From assembly GCF_009914755.1 (NCBI RefSeq), contig NC_060933.1: a stretch of 64,000 bases of DNA. One strand, written 5' to 3'. Of this stretch, positions 43,816 through 56,660 are shown piece after piece. This DNA comes from the human T2T-CHM13v2.0 reference genome, Homo sapiens. The first letter of the stretch is position 1, and the number at the start of each line of letters is the position of its first letter. A program made the position numbers and the translations under genes. The notes under the pieces were generated by a model. That model was given only the letters and a program-made list of their open reading frames with translations, had not been told where the DNA came from and searched no databases.

Positions 43816-44489
43816 CAGCTTAACTATGAGCACATCTTTATATTAAATTATTACTCCATTATAGAAGGAATGTCTAGTGCCCAATCTGCCTTAGGATAAA
43901 GAGTAAGTCAACCTTCTGAACCCAAGAGTTTAATATGCATACTGTGGCTCATAGGCGACTTATCTACCCCTGTGTAGAGCTGGTGAGAATCGAAAGAAAA
44001 AAGAAACTTCCTCTTTAATTATTTATTGCACAAGAACTACACAATAAGACCCAACTGCCACTACCAGTATGTACCTTGCTGTTATCAGCTGTTAATTTAC
44101 CAACCCAGATCAATCAGTCATTGCATAGAAGTTGAAGGAAATTCATTATACATTTCTGAACAATTTAAGTTTAATTCTGCTGAAATTCTACCAAGAAACT
44201 AGAAACATTATGAAAGACGAATAAAAAAAGACATAAATGAATAAAGCTTCCAGGGGCCCCTGACTGATGCTTGAGAGATAACCAACAAGTTTTGTTGGAC
44301 ATTGTGGATTCACTTCTTATATTTAAAAAACTATTGATGCTGTTCTTAAGTTTTTTTTAATTTTTTATTTTACAGCCTATGTTTTACCAACAAAACCTTA
44401 GGTATTTATATCTACAATTCAACCTGGTATTTATTTCTGAAAAATCAGTTAAAAGTAAAAAAAGAGGAAAAGAAGCATATGAAAATGAA

Positions 44490-45675
44490 AATCATTTTCA
44501 AAAGTGACCTCCGTAACTCTAATAACACAACCTGATAAAGACATTAGAAGACCAAAAATGATAGGCTAATATCTCTCATGAACATAGATGCTGTGGTAAA
44601 CAAGTATAGGGTAGTCTTGCCTCCTTGTGTTCATGCCCTGATATCATCTTCTCCCCTCCCTTGAGTGCAGATGGGTACTGTGACTTGCTTCTAACCAATA
44701 AAATATGTCAAAGGTGGTGAGATGTCACTCTCATGATTTCATCACATTATTTAAGACTATGTCTTGCTAGGAGACTCACTCCAGAGAAATGTCTTAGCTG
44801 GCTTTGAAGAAGTGGCCATGTTGGGAGGTCCACATGGCAAAGAATTGAGAGTGGTTTTAAAGAAATGAACGCAGCCTTCAAGAACTGAACGCAGCCTTCA
44901 GACAACAGCCAGCAAGAAGCTAAGGCCCTCAATTGTACAACTGTAAGATAATTATACTAATAACCTAATCAAGCTTGGAAGCAGATCCTTGCTTAGTTTA
45001 GCCTTCCAACGAGAATATAGCATGGCCAACACCTGGACTGTAGCCTTGTGAGACTCTAAGCCTAGGATCCAATTAGACTATGGCCAGCTCTTGACTCACA
45101 GAAACTGTGAGGTAACACATGTTGCTTTAAATCACTACATTTTTTTTGTAATTTGTTATGCCGATTATAAAATTTGAGTAAAAATATATTCTCAACAAAA
45201 TTTAGAAAATCAAATCCATCGATATATAAAACAGGAATTCCAAAAATGCAAAGTTGGTACAACATTCAAAAATCCATCAGTTGTTTTCCACATTGGTAGA
45301 AAAAAAGGAGGTAAAGTCATAATCATCTCAATACCTGCAGGAAAAAAACACTTGACAAAATTTAACACTTCCATGATAAACACTCTTAGCAAACCTGGAA
45401 AAGAAGAGAACTTTCTCAATCAGATAAAGAGCAACCATAAAAAGCCTACAGCTAATATCCTAATGAATAGTGTAAGGCTGAATGCTTTCCCCAAAGATGG
45501 GAAACAAGACAAGAATGCCTGAGCTCATCTTTTCTGTTCAGCATTGTACAGGAGTTCCCATACAGTGCAATAAGGAAATCAAAAAAGTAATAGTCATAAA
45601 GATTAGAAAGGAAGAAGTAAAACTGTGTTTATTCAGAGACAACAAAATTGTTTACATAGAAAATCCTAAGGAATT
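44490..45675 (+). mobile_element. Old L1M ORF2 (RT-region) fragment split by an MLT1E/F
   Basis: 'ctaatatctctcatgaacatagatgc' [LTR] 'aaaatatattctcaacaaaat'; 'gaagaagtaaaactgtgtttattcagagac'. Confidence 0.7.
44592..45178 (+). mobile_element. MLT1E/F-like MaLR LTR
   Basis: 'gtgacttgcttctaaccaata', 'ggctttgaagaagtggccatgttgggagg', 'cacagaaactgtgag'. Confidence 0.8.
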
Positions 45676-45940
45676 GTATTAACTTTATATTGCTGCTGTG
45701 ACAATTTTGACAAACTTAGAGGATCGGAACAACACAAATTTATTGCCTTCCAGTTTTGTAGGTTAGAAGTGTGACACAAGTCTCACTGGGCTGAGATCAA
45801 GAGCATCGGCAGGGCTGTGTTTCAATCTGTTCCCTTGACTACTCCAGCTTCTAGAAACCACCCACATTTTCCTTCATTTGTTACCCTCTTTCTTGATTTT
45901 TAACACCAGCAACATTGTATCTCTCTGATCATTCTTCACA
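45676..45940 (-). mobile_element. MLT1D-like LTR fragment
   Basis: 'tgtattaactttatattgctgctgtgacaa...acaacacaaatttatt...tctcactgggctgagatcaag'. Confidence 0.7.
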
Positions 45941-45944
45941 CACA

Positions 45945-47210
45945 AGTATTTTTTCTCATCTGTGGCTTGCCTTTTAGTTTTCCACTGTTTTGAAAAATAG
46001 ATCTAAACTTTGATTGGGTAAATGTATCAGATTTTTACTTTATGGTTAGAAATTTCCTATGCCCTATTAAGAAGCTTTGCCTCTATTCATAATAGCAAAG
46101 ACATGGAATCAACCAAGATGCCCATAAATGGTGGCCTGGATAAAGAAAATGTGGTACATGTACACCATGGCATACTACATAGCCATGAAAAAGAATGAGC
46201 TCATGTCCTTTGCAGCTGGAGTTGGAGCTGGAGGCCATTATCCTAAGTGAATTAATGCAGAAACAGAAAATCAAATACCACTTGTTCTCATAAGTGAGAG
46301 CTAAACATTGAGTATACATGGACACAAAGAAGGGAAAAATAGACACTAGGGCCTACTTGAAGGTGGAAGTTGGGAGAAGGGTGAGGACTGAAAAACTATC
46401 TATTGAGTACTATGTTGATTACCTGGGTGCTAGAATTATCTGTATATCAAACCCCATGTAACATTTACCCATGTAACAAATCTGCATATCTACCATCTGA
46501 ACCTAAAATAAAAGTTGGGGAAAAAAAAATAAGGAAAAGCAGCAGCTTTGCCTAATCCAAGGTTGCATAGCTTCTGGAGATTTTATAGACTTATGATCAC
46601 TTTCAGATTTATTTCAAATTAATGTTTTGTATGGTGACAGGGATCAAGGTTGGTTATCCAATTGACCCAGATCCATTTATGAAAAATAATATCTTCTTTC
46701 ATTGAATTTCCTTGGCATCTTTATTGCAAATCAATTGATTGTATATATATATAGGCCTATTTGCAAACTGTACTCTATTTCCTTTATTTATTTGCCTATT
46801 CTTTAACCAATATACGTGTTTAATTACTGAACTTTTATAAGTTTTGAAATTAGGTACTATGGCTCCTCCCCAACTTTGTTGTTCTTTCTCAGTCTTTTTT
46901 TCAAAATTGTTTCAGGCATACTAGATCCTTTGTATTTAGAATCACCTCCTAATTTCTATAGAAAAGCCTATTGGGATTTCAATTGAAATTGAATTGCATT
47001 TATAGGTCAATTTGGAAATAAATGGCATGTTAGCAATATGAAGTCTTCCAATCCATGAACGTTGTATAGCTGTCATTTACCTAGGCCTTCTTTATTTTTC
47101 CCCAGAAATATAATGTGGTTTTCAGTGTAACAATCTTATAAATTTTTTGTTAGATTTATTTGATGCTATTATAAATGAAATTTTTAAAAATACCACCTTG
47201 CAAATATTTG
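45945..47210 (-). mobile_element. L1ME-like ORF2 fragment, interrupted by L1PA16
   Basis: Antisense L1 'gggatttcaattgaaattgaattgcatttataggtcaatttgg', 'agtcttccaatccatgaac'. Confidence 0.7.
46083..46543 (+). mobile_element. L1PA15/16-like 3' end
   Basis: 'aatagcaaagacatggaatcaacc...ctgaacctaaaataaaagtt'; TSD agctttgcct at ~46073-46082 and ~46544-46553. Confidence 0.88.
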
Positions 47211-47469
47211 TCCAGGGGTTGGAAAACTTTTTTTAAAGGCCAAAAAGTTTATGGGAAGATCATGTGCATAATGTTATTTAACAAATAGATTAAAGTTATA
47301 TTTGATTTCCCATCTGCCAACAAAATTTGGCTAAGCACCTACTATATGCAAAGCTGTAGTTACCCAGGAATACAAATTTGATCACATATAAATGCTCTAG
47401 AGGATTTCTGAAGAAACGTGTTATAAGTGCTTACCGGGAATGTCCATTTTTTCCAGCAAATTTATAACT

Positions 47470-47560
47470 CAGTGGTTCTCAATCCTCATTGCACATTAGA
47501 AAGACATGCAGTGTTTTAAGAAAACACCGATATCCAGACCCTACTCAAAGCCACTCCTAA
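47470..47560 (+). mobile_element. MER5-like fragment
   Basis: 'cagtggttctcaatcctcattgcacattagaa'. Confidence 0.55.
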
Positions 47561-47891
47561 GCAGAAATTTGAAACTTCTCTCTAAAAAAGTTATTCCAAA
47601 ATATTATTGTCCTTAACACATACATCTTGGAGATGGTGCTGTTATTTTTCCTTCTTAAAAAAATATCCAGACCCCTTTTAATTATATTACTTTCATCCTT
47701 ATACATCTAGAGCTTTACACGTAGCATGCATTATACACAACTTCAAAGAATGAATGGAAGATTGCTTGCTAACAAAAACTAAAGGAAAAGAGAAATCTGC
47801 TAATGCAGCATTCCAAGGCATCTCCTGAGAATGTGTTCATTGGACTGAGGGCATTTCACTGAGATGAGCTGGGGGCACCAAACGTTCCAAG

Positions 47892-48068
47892 CAAGACTGG
47901 ATACCTAATTTGCTGGGTTAAGTACAAAATGAAAATAAGGGTCTCTTGTTCACAAGTTACAAGAATTTCAAGACAGTGTTAGCAGAGCATTTAACCAAGC
48001 ATGGAACCATTCTAGGCATAAGGCCCTGTGCAAATGCACTGATTACTTGTCTATTAAGCCCGCCCTTG
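47892..48068 (+). mobile_element. MER45A (hAT-Tip100)
   Basis: 'caaaatgaaaataagggtctcttgttca...aagaatttcaagacagtgttagcagagcatttaaccaagc...ggccctgtgc'. Confidence 0.75.
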
Positions 48069-48205
48069 TTTTGAGGACCAGAGTGCTCCCTATACATCCG
48101 ATAGTTCTGCACACTTGCTGACAATCAGGCATACAAGGGAAAGCAGTTGATTGCATTTCGATCCCAATGTCATGAATTTGTGTTGTTTGTTCATTTAAAA
48201 CATTA

Positions 48206-48525
<320 letters not shown>

Positions 48526-48809
48526 CTCTACTTCTTAATTTTTGACTTATCCCCTCTTTTGATGCCTAGAGAAATCATTTGAAATTAAATCTTCCTGTCT
48601 TCTTGCCCTTGTTTTGGATAAGCGCACATATTTTTAGTGTTGCAATTTTTCTTTTTTGACCAATTTCCATAAAACTTGAAAATCTAAAATGAGGACCTAA
48701 ATCTCAGTTCAATTTTTACTGAGAGCCAGTCAATAAATGTCATTCCTGGAGATTTCAGCTCTTGTCTTAAAGACCAGCAACATCTACTGATCACCCATTC
48801 GATGCTTTG

Positions 48810-49177
48810 TTTTCGACTCATTCTATTCAGGATGCTATAACTAGACTAGGTGGCTTATAATAGACTAGATGGCTTATAAATAACAGGAATTTGTTTTTCA
48901 CAGTTCTAGAGGCTAGGAGGTTCAAGATCAAGGCAGATTCAGTATCTAGTGAAGACCTCCTGTCTGGTCATAGATGGTACCTTCTAGCTGTGTCCTCACA
49001 TAATGGAAACTATAAGCTAGCTCTGTGGGGTCCCTTTTATAAGGCAAAATCCCAATTATGAAGGCTTTACCTTCATGATATAATTACCTCCCAAAGGCCC
49101 CACTGCCTAATACTATCACCTTGAAGGTTAGGATTTCAACATATAATTTTTGGAGGGCATCAACATTCAGATCATAG
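48810..49177 (-). mobile_element. MLT1A-like MaLR LTR with an internal 19-bp tandem duplication
   Basis: 'cacagttctagaggctaggaggttcaagatcaagg...aacattcagatcatag'; tagactaggtggcttataa repeated twice. Confidence 0.8.
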
Positions 49178-49179
49178 TT

Positions 49180-49552
49180 TATTAATTTTTCTCCTCATAA
49201 CAAAATGATGAAGGAAGAAATATTTTCTCTACTTTTCAAATGACAAAGCAAAGATTCAGAAAGTTTAAATAACTTGTCCAAGTAGGAGGTACAGAACAGT
49301 AATCAAGATTATAAACTCAAAATCAGGCAGATCTAGCTTCAAATCTTCTATTTGTACTTATATGAATGAGACTTTGAAAAAATACTGAACTTTTATCAAT
49401 TACATTTTCTATAACTGTACAATAGAAAAAATAACGTCTGCCTCATAGGATTGTCATGTGGACTGAGCTAATATAAGCAAAGTGCCTAGAAAAATAAGAT
49501 AAACAATTAACAGTGGTAATTATCATTAACGTCACACATCTAGTAAGTAACA
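49180..49552. mobile_element. MIR (-) interrupted by a MIR (+)
   Basis: 'aacttgtccaag' at ~49282 and 'gtcacacatctagtaag' at 49531 are the contiguous halves of a minus MIR, separated by a plus-strand MIR. Confidence 0.55.
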
Positions 49553-50749
49553 ATGCTTTAATTATTTCTCCTTCTCTAAAAATAGCATTGGTAAATTTTC
49601 CACTCTCTTGTTTTAGATAATTCCTGGATTAAAGAAAAATAGTAAGCATCAACTATCTTCCAGTTGAGCTTGAGGCTAGAACAAAAAACTATTACTGCAA
49701 ATATTGAAGAAAATGCAAAGTATAGTGCTCACTAGCATTTTGAAAATACTATACCTAACTGTTCAAAACCTTGGCTTTTTCCCTATTCCTGATTATTAGG
49801 CTTAAAATACCAGGAATATCTTTATCTCATAGAATAGCATGAAAAGTTGTTTTGTGAATGCACTGAAATGAGTTAACAGCCTTTCCAATACTTTCTATTC
49901 ACCCTTGATACAATGGTGGACACCTGGCATATGTAACTCCTTTTATAATTTCCTTCTCAATACATCTCCTGAGCATAACTATACGATTCCTCCCAATATA
50001 TCCTGTCTTGGCAAAGTGCCATGTATGTAATAGACAGGAGGATATGGTGTTTGATTATAGTAGGAAAGGGAGAAGGGCTTCACACTAGAATATTTTCAAG
50101 GTTCCCAAAAGCTTAAAAAAAAAAAAGAATCTGATTCTGTACCATAAACCTGTAGAGAAAATAGGCAAACATGTTATTTAAAAAAAAAGAAGAAGAAGAA
50201 AAAAGTTTTGGTATCTTTTTCATTACAAAAGCTTGCTCATTATAAAAATTTTGAATACAGGGAAATTTAATGAAAAAAAATTCAAGTTTCCACCGTCAAA
50301 GCCAACTGCATTTTGATGACTTTTCTTCAGATGCCATGTTGCTGCTCAGTTTCTGCTGACATCTTTCTGTTCCCTTTCTTCTTTCCTTTGTTACGTACCT
50401 AGTGCCTTCATGCTAACTTTCATTCATTCCCTCACCTACCCACTTCTCATGTGTTATGGACCAGTGTGGAAATCTGGTGCCCTATGCACTAGACTTTTCA
50501 TAATCCTCTCACTCCATAAAAGTTTAATGTGCCCCCAGTTCCCTCTCTTAGGTCTGTGGCCCTCTGCCTAAACTAATCTGGCAACACATCTGCTTATAGT
50601 CAGTAAGTATAATCAACAGAGGCTTTATTACTTTCAGAAGAGAAAACAGAGGGTAAGAATATTGGGTAGCCCAAGGGAAGATTCATTTATTGAAGATAAG
50701 ACCATCAAATGCATAAAACAAACATATGCTGAACACAGCTGGAAGTAGC

Positions 50750-50915
50750 ACCTTGTTATGGTAGAAAGAGCATGGACAAACAATAGATCTAGATTCAAAT
50801 CCAGATGCTCACTAACAGGCAACTACCTTAACTTCTCTGAGCCTCAGTGAAGTGGTAAAGCCAACTGCATAATCTTGCCATGAGGCTTTAATGAATAACA
50901 AGTACAAAATGCCCA
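50750..50915 (+). mobile_element. MIR SINE
   Basis: 'ggcaactaccttaacttctctgagcctcagt'. Confidence 0.65.
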
Positions 50916-51087
50916 GTTCATAAGAGTTCCTTTAAAAAGATTAGTACAAGGTGCTGTGAGATTTTTTTTAAATGAATCAGATATGATTATGTCCTCATGG
51001 AACTTACTATCTAGGAGAATAAATAATACATACATAAAAGTAATCATAATACTCAATTTTTAGAACTCTTATTATGACCTGGATATA

Positions 51088-51210
51088 TGTATTCATTTTA
51101 CAGATGAGGAAACTAAGGCTCAGAGAAGGAAAGTGACTTGACTAAGGTCACAAAAGTAGGAAATTGCAAAATTAGAATTTGAACCTTTATCTGCTCAACT
51201 GCATGTTGCA
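51088..51210 (-). mobile_element. MIR SINE
   Basis: 'cattttacagatgaggaaactaaggctcagaga'. Confidence 0.8.
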
Positions 51211-51339
51211 TTAATATAACATAGGCACTTATTTTTAAACCTTTAAAAGTCTTATAGTCAGTAAATATACTCAACACAGGTACAGATTTAAAACTTCCTA
51301 TACATATAAGACTATAAGACACCTATACAAATTTTATAG

Positions 51340-51976
51340 TACAGGATCAGGGGAAGGTGATGCCAGTACTCCCTTAGCTGCCCCAGCTGGTATCTCAGTA
51401 GGTAATGTGTCCCCTCATTCCACTGGGCCCAGGTCAGCACTAGGGACTCACCTATGAGTTGCAGTCCTTGTGGCCTAGACTATCTCTCAAAGTTTATTTG
51501 GGGCTCCAGAGCACTCTAGCCCATGGTGGTGAGGGTTGTGGAAACTCAAGTTCTGACTGTGGAAATTGGCAATTCCCCTCTGGCTAGGGCTGGTTTAAAA
51601 GCTCCCTCCATGGGTGTGTGTAAGCTGAATTTGGTTTGGTTTTCCTTTCTGCTCTAGCAGGACAGTGCTGAGTTCAATTACTCACAATTGCTGTGCTCTC
51701 CCTCTTTCCAGCATACAGAATTGCTCTCCACACCACTCTGCAGCTGCCAGAGGATCTGGGAGGGGAGGGCTGGTGCTGGCTAGTCAAGACTGTTTTTCCT
51801 GCCACTTCAGGGCATTATTCAGTGATATGAAGTCAAAACCAGGCACTGTGAGTGCTCACCCGATTTTTGGTTCTTACAAAGGTGTTTTTTTTGTGTGTGT
51901 AGATAGTTGTCAAATTGGTATCCTTGCAGGAGAGATGATCGGTGGAGTTTTCTATTCTACAATCTTACTCTTCCCC
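51340..51976 (-). mobile_element. L1M1/L1MA-type 5'UTR fragment
   Basis: 'ttcagtgatatgaagtcaaaaccaggcactgtgagtgctcacccgatttttggttctta...tctattctacaatcttact'. Confidence 0.75.
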
Positions 51977-54432
51977 AAAGTCCTCTGCCTGCATTTTTAA
52001 TTTTTGCCAAGCTAGTATGTGTGAAAACATATCTTTCTTTGGTTTCAATTTGAAATATCTTGAGTAGTTTAGGCATTTATTTACATATTTATGAAAATGT
52101 TCATAGTTCTTCTATGAAAACCTGATCATGCCTTTTACTCATTTTTCTACTAGGTTATTCACTGACTTACTGACTTTTAGATTTTTTTTTTCTAGATATT
52201 AAACTTCTGTCAGTTAATTGCCCTTAAGCTTCCTGCTTCCACTAGTTTATCCACGGCAATCAATCAGCAAGGTTAATTTTCTGTGGAAACATCACCATAC
52301 ATGCCTACATAATCATCCATAAATTCTTTTTAGAATTCAGCACATTAAATTTTAAAAATACATTTGAATACAACTGACACAATTGAACATATTTTTCTTT
52401 CATCCTTACCCCAAAGTTAGGGAAAGTGCCGGAAATGAGTGAGGCTTTAAGGATCAAAAGTTTTCAACAAAATCTTAGAAGAGGAATTTTGCTCATCCAC
52501 CACTGATCTTTGTGTTTTCAGTTTGACAGTACAATTAAACACACATATATTTTATGTTCATGCATATCCTTAATTCTCTTAATTATACCAGTCCTGAATT
52601 GTAGGCAGGAACAGAATGTGTGTAGGAGAGGGGGAGAATGTAGTGCCAGAGGCAGGGAATTTTATTGGTGTTGCCTCTGTCTATAGGGTATATCATATTT
52701 TTAGGAAGAGGAGAAAAAATACATTCTGAACTGGTTTCAGTTACTTACATAACAGAGGGAATAGCCATGCCTAGAACAGCTTTCATGGATTTGTCAATTG
52801 ACATAAATTAAAACCAGATCAAACTTCATTTCATCTCTTTTTTTCTATAGATTTTTCTTGCCTTCTCCCCCTTTTCTTTACCCCACCCTAACCCCTCTTC
52901 TCTTCATGTCTTTAAAAATATTTTTGCTTTGTCCACATTTTCTGTTGTATCCAGACACATTTTCCCAATGCTCTGGTTCCCTTTCTGCCTGAGGGAATGT
53001 TTCCTCTCTCCTTCATTCCTTCATTCTAATCCTCTCAATTATCTAAGCCTCTGCCCAGAATCCCCAGCAAACATTCTGAAAGAGGGAGGGGGCTTCATCT
53101 TGCTGATTGATTTTAATATTTTTTTGAAACCAGGAAACTTTAGTTTAACCTTTTCTTTTATGAAAACATCATTTTTATATTAAGGCAATTACTTACATGT
53201 TTTAGTTATTTTAACAACAATGGAGAGAATTCTTTAACTTCAGAAAAACTTCTAAGCACAAAAGCTTACCCAGCTCAGGAGGTGCAAAAATGGAAAAAAT
53301 AAAGGATACTGTCTTCAATAAGACCTGGGTTTAATCCCCAGTTTCATCTCTTTCCAGGGATGGGACCTCTCTGTGAGTCTGTTTCCTTCTCTGTAAAACA
53401 TTTAATGTGCAGGTATATTGCAGAGATTTTCAATGAGATAACTTGAGGAAAGACTTAAGTCATTGTTCCAGTTAGGGTTCTAACTTAAGATCAAGGACAC
53501 TTATGAGAAGGATAAGAGACAGACGGGAAGGTTAGGGAACAGTCATGGCAAGAAGTGCTAACCATAGTGCTCTGGAGGGCACGGAAGCAGCAACTAGACC
53601 AATGTCAGGCAGTAGGCATGAATAAATTACTAGCATTTTTAGTCTTGTGGCAGTTTCTTAACTAGAGGAGAGACGGTCACTCTATTAACACCCAATTTTT
53701 TTTCCCAATCAAATAGCTGATTTTCCAAAGAAAATGAAGAATTTTTTTTTAAGGGAAAGTGGGTGCAACACAGCCCAAAATCAACCAATGCCTACTACGT
53801 AGTAGCATTTCTACTATGTAGGAATGCCAATTCCATTCCTTAAGCCTTTTGGTTTTGCTTCATGTTCCTGGGCTTTAAAATGAAATCGTGTAATTTCAGA
53901 TTGATTTCAGGGGGACCCACATCCCCAGGTCCAAGTCAGCTGCTTAAGTCTTTATGGTGAAAGAAAGGGTAGGAAAGGCAGATGGTTTGTGTGTTTTAGA
54001 AATAAATACATACTATAGTCCACCTAATTTTTCTTCTCTTCTCTGTCCATCATTTAATTTTTAGGATTCTGAATGGACTGGTGAGGGAAGAGATATCATC
54101 TTCAAATGTTGCCAGATGAGAGACACAGGCCCTGAGAGAAACATTAATCTAATATTTATTGTTGGATCTTATGTCTTAAAAGATGTTAAGATTCAAGTAA
54201 ATAGAGACTATATATAATTCCTATTACTGTTACTGCTAATAATAATGCTAATAGCATCTAAGTAGACTTTGATCTCAAAACTAGAGTAATTATAATTTTA
54301 ACTATTGGGCTGCATTACTCTAATGTGTTAAAACCATATTAATCAGAACAACATTCAAAAGGGAGCCCAGAATTTTCAAAGGTCTTTTTCCCCAGGATCT
54401 CAGAATATATTTGTAGTGTGAAGTTAAGATTT

Positions 54433-55734
54433 TTTGCAGAATTAAGAATCCAGAAACAAATCCTACATTTACAGTCAACTGATTTTCAACAAAGGTGCTA
54501 AGACCGCTCAATGGGGAAAGAATAATCTCTTCAATAAATGGTGCTTGGACAATCAGACATTTACATGCAAAAGAATGAAGTTTGACCCTTACCTCATACC
54601 ACATACAAATTTAATTCAAAAATTAAGTGAAAAAGACATAAAACTCTTTGAAGAATATATAGGGGTATATCTTCACGACTTTGGATTTAGCAAAGGACTC
54701 GTACATATGATGCCAAGAGCATGAGCAACAAAATTAAAAATATATAAAATGGACTTCAAAAGTAAAAACTTCTGTGCATCGATGGATACTATAAAGAAAA
54801 TGAAAGACAAGTCACAGGATGGAGAAAATATTTTCAAATAATATCTCTCATAAGAGCCTAATATCTAGAATATATAAAGAACTCATAACTCAACAGCAAA
54901 AAAAACCAATCAACCCACTTTTGAAATGGGCAAAGGACATGAGTAGACATTTCTTCTGAGAGAAATGGCCATACAAGTGGTCAGCAAGCTCATGAAAATA
55001 TGCTCAGTATCATTAGTTATTAGGGAAGTGCAAATCAAAACTATAAACGAGATACTTCACACCCATGAGAATGGCTATAATTTTAAAAACACAGAAAAGT
55101 GAGTTGGTGAAGACAATATGGAGAAATTAGAATCCTCAAACATTGCTGGTGGAAATGTAAAATGGTGCAGCTGCTGCTGAAAACTGTTTGGTACATTAAA
55201 CATAGAATTACCATAGGACCCAGCAATTCCACCAGTAATTTACACGAAGAATTAAAAACAGAAGTTCAAACAAAAACTTGTACACGAATATTCACATAGC
55301 ACTATTTACAATAGCCAAAAGATGGAAACAACCTAAATGACCACCAGCTGATGAACAGATAAACAAATTATGGTATATCCACATAATTGAATATTATTCA
55401 CTCATAAAAAGGAATGAAGCACTGATACATGCTACAACATGGATGAACCTTGAAAAGATGCTAAGCAAAAGAAGCCAGGCAAAAAAAGACCACAAGTTTT
55501 GTGAATTGATTTACATGAAATATCCAAAATAGGCAAATCCATGGAGACAGAAAGTAGATTAATGACTGCCAAGGATTAGAGATGGGGAGGAGAATAAGAG
55601 ACACTGCTTGAAGAGTGAAAGGCTTCCTTTGGTATTCAGGAAAATGTTCAGGAACTATGTAAAGGAAATGCTTGCACAGCATTGGGAATGTGCTAAATGT
55701 AACTAATGGTAAATTTTATATTATGTATAATTTA

Positions 55735-55773
<39 letters not shown>
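54433..55773 (+). mobile_element. L1MB-type 3' fragment ending in (CA)n
   Basis: ORF2-end and 3'UTR homology; TSD gttaagattt at 54423-54432 and 55777-55786; (CA)~19 at 55736-55773. Confidence 0.85.
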
Positions 55774-55779
<6 letters not shown>

Positions 55780-55964
55780 AAGATTTCCTAGAAGGTAGTT
55801 TTGGCCTGCAATTCTATTTCTTCTGATCTGAAGCTGCTATTTAGAGAGTCTTTCCCTTTGAATCTAAAACTTAATCCTCAACCACACACCTTTGTCATCT
55901 TTATGGCAACCCAGTTCTCCTGTGTATAATTATAAGACTAGCTAATAATTGTATGCCAGGAACA

Positions 55965-56660
55965 TTTTATTTCTTAAATATGTACAAAACTCCAAGTATG
56001 TGGTGACCATTGTCTTAGACACTGAAGATACCACAGAGAATAAGCCATAAATATCTACTCTCAAGAAAGTTAGCTCATTGAAAAGAGACAAGAAATAAAT
56101 GAATGAAATAGGTAATTTCACAAGCTCTCGGTGTTATGAAAAAAATAAAATAGATGGCACGATGGAAAATAATAGGGAGAGAGGGGGATCTAGTTCAGCC
56201 TGGGTGGTCAAGGAAGGCCTCTCTGAGGTGACATGTGAGCTGAAATCTTGCATTCAGAAGGATCTCAGGGGAAGAGTCTTCCAGGCAAAGGAAACCACAC
56301 AAGCAAGAACCTAAGGCAGGAAAGGCTTTGGGTTGTTTAAAAAAGGCTAGATTAGCTGAAGCAGAATTAGGAAGGGTAGAGAATTTGTTGATTTAATGGG
56401 AAATGTAGGAAATAGGAAATGGGAAATGAATCAGAGCCTGTAAGGCCTGTAAGTTTATGAGGGAAGCCATTGCAGAGTTTTAGGCAAGGGAAAACATGAT
56501 CTGATTACTATTTGAAAAACAGCACCACTCTGGCTGCTAAGTGAAGAATGTGTTGTAGGATGCAGAGCAGGAGACCAGTTAGAAGACTGTTGTGTTAGAT
56601 TGCAGATGCAAGGCAATGGTGGCCAGAGCTGTGTGGGAATGGTGAAGGTGGAAAAAATCA
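55965..56660 (-). mobile_element. L2 LINE fragment
   Basis: 'gtcaaggaaggcctctctgaggtgacatgtgagctga', 'gggaagccattgcagagttttaggcaagg', 'cactctggctgct'. Confidence 0.8.

Noticed and set aside
46083-46543. Second copy of the ORF2-deleted L1 form, since it starts near the same ORF2 position
   Set aside because: It begins ~13 nt upstream of that breakpoint (ctattcataatag) directly after its own TSD; ordinary 5' truncation
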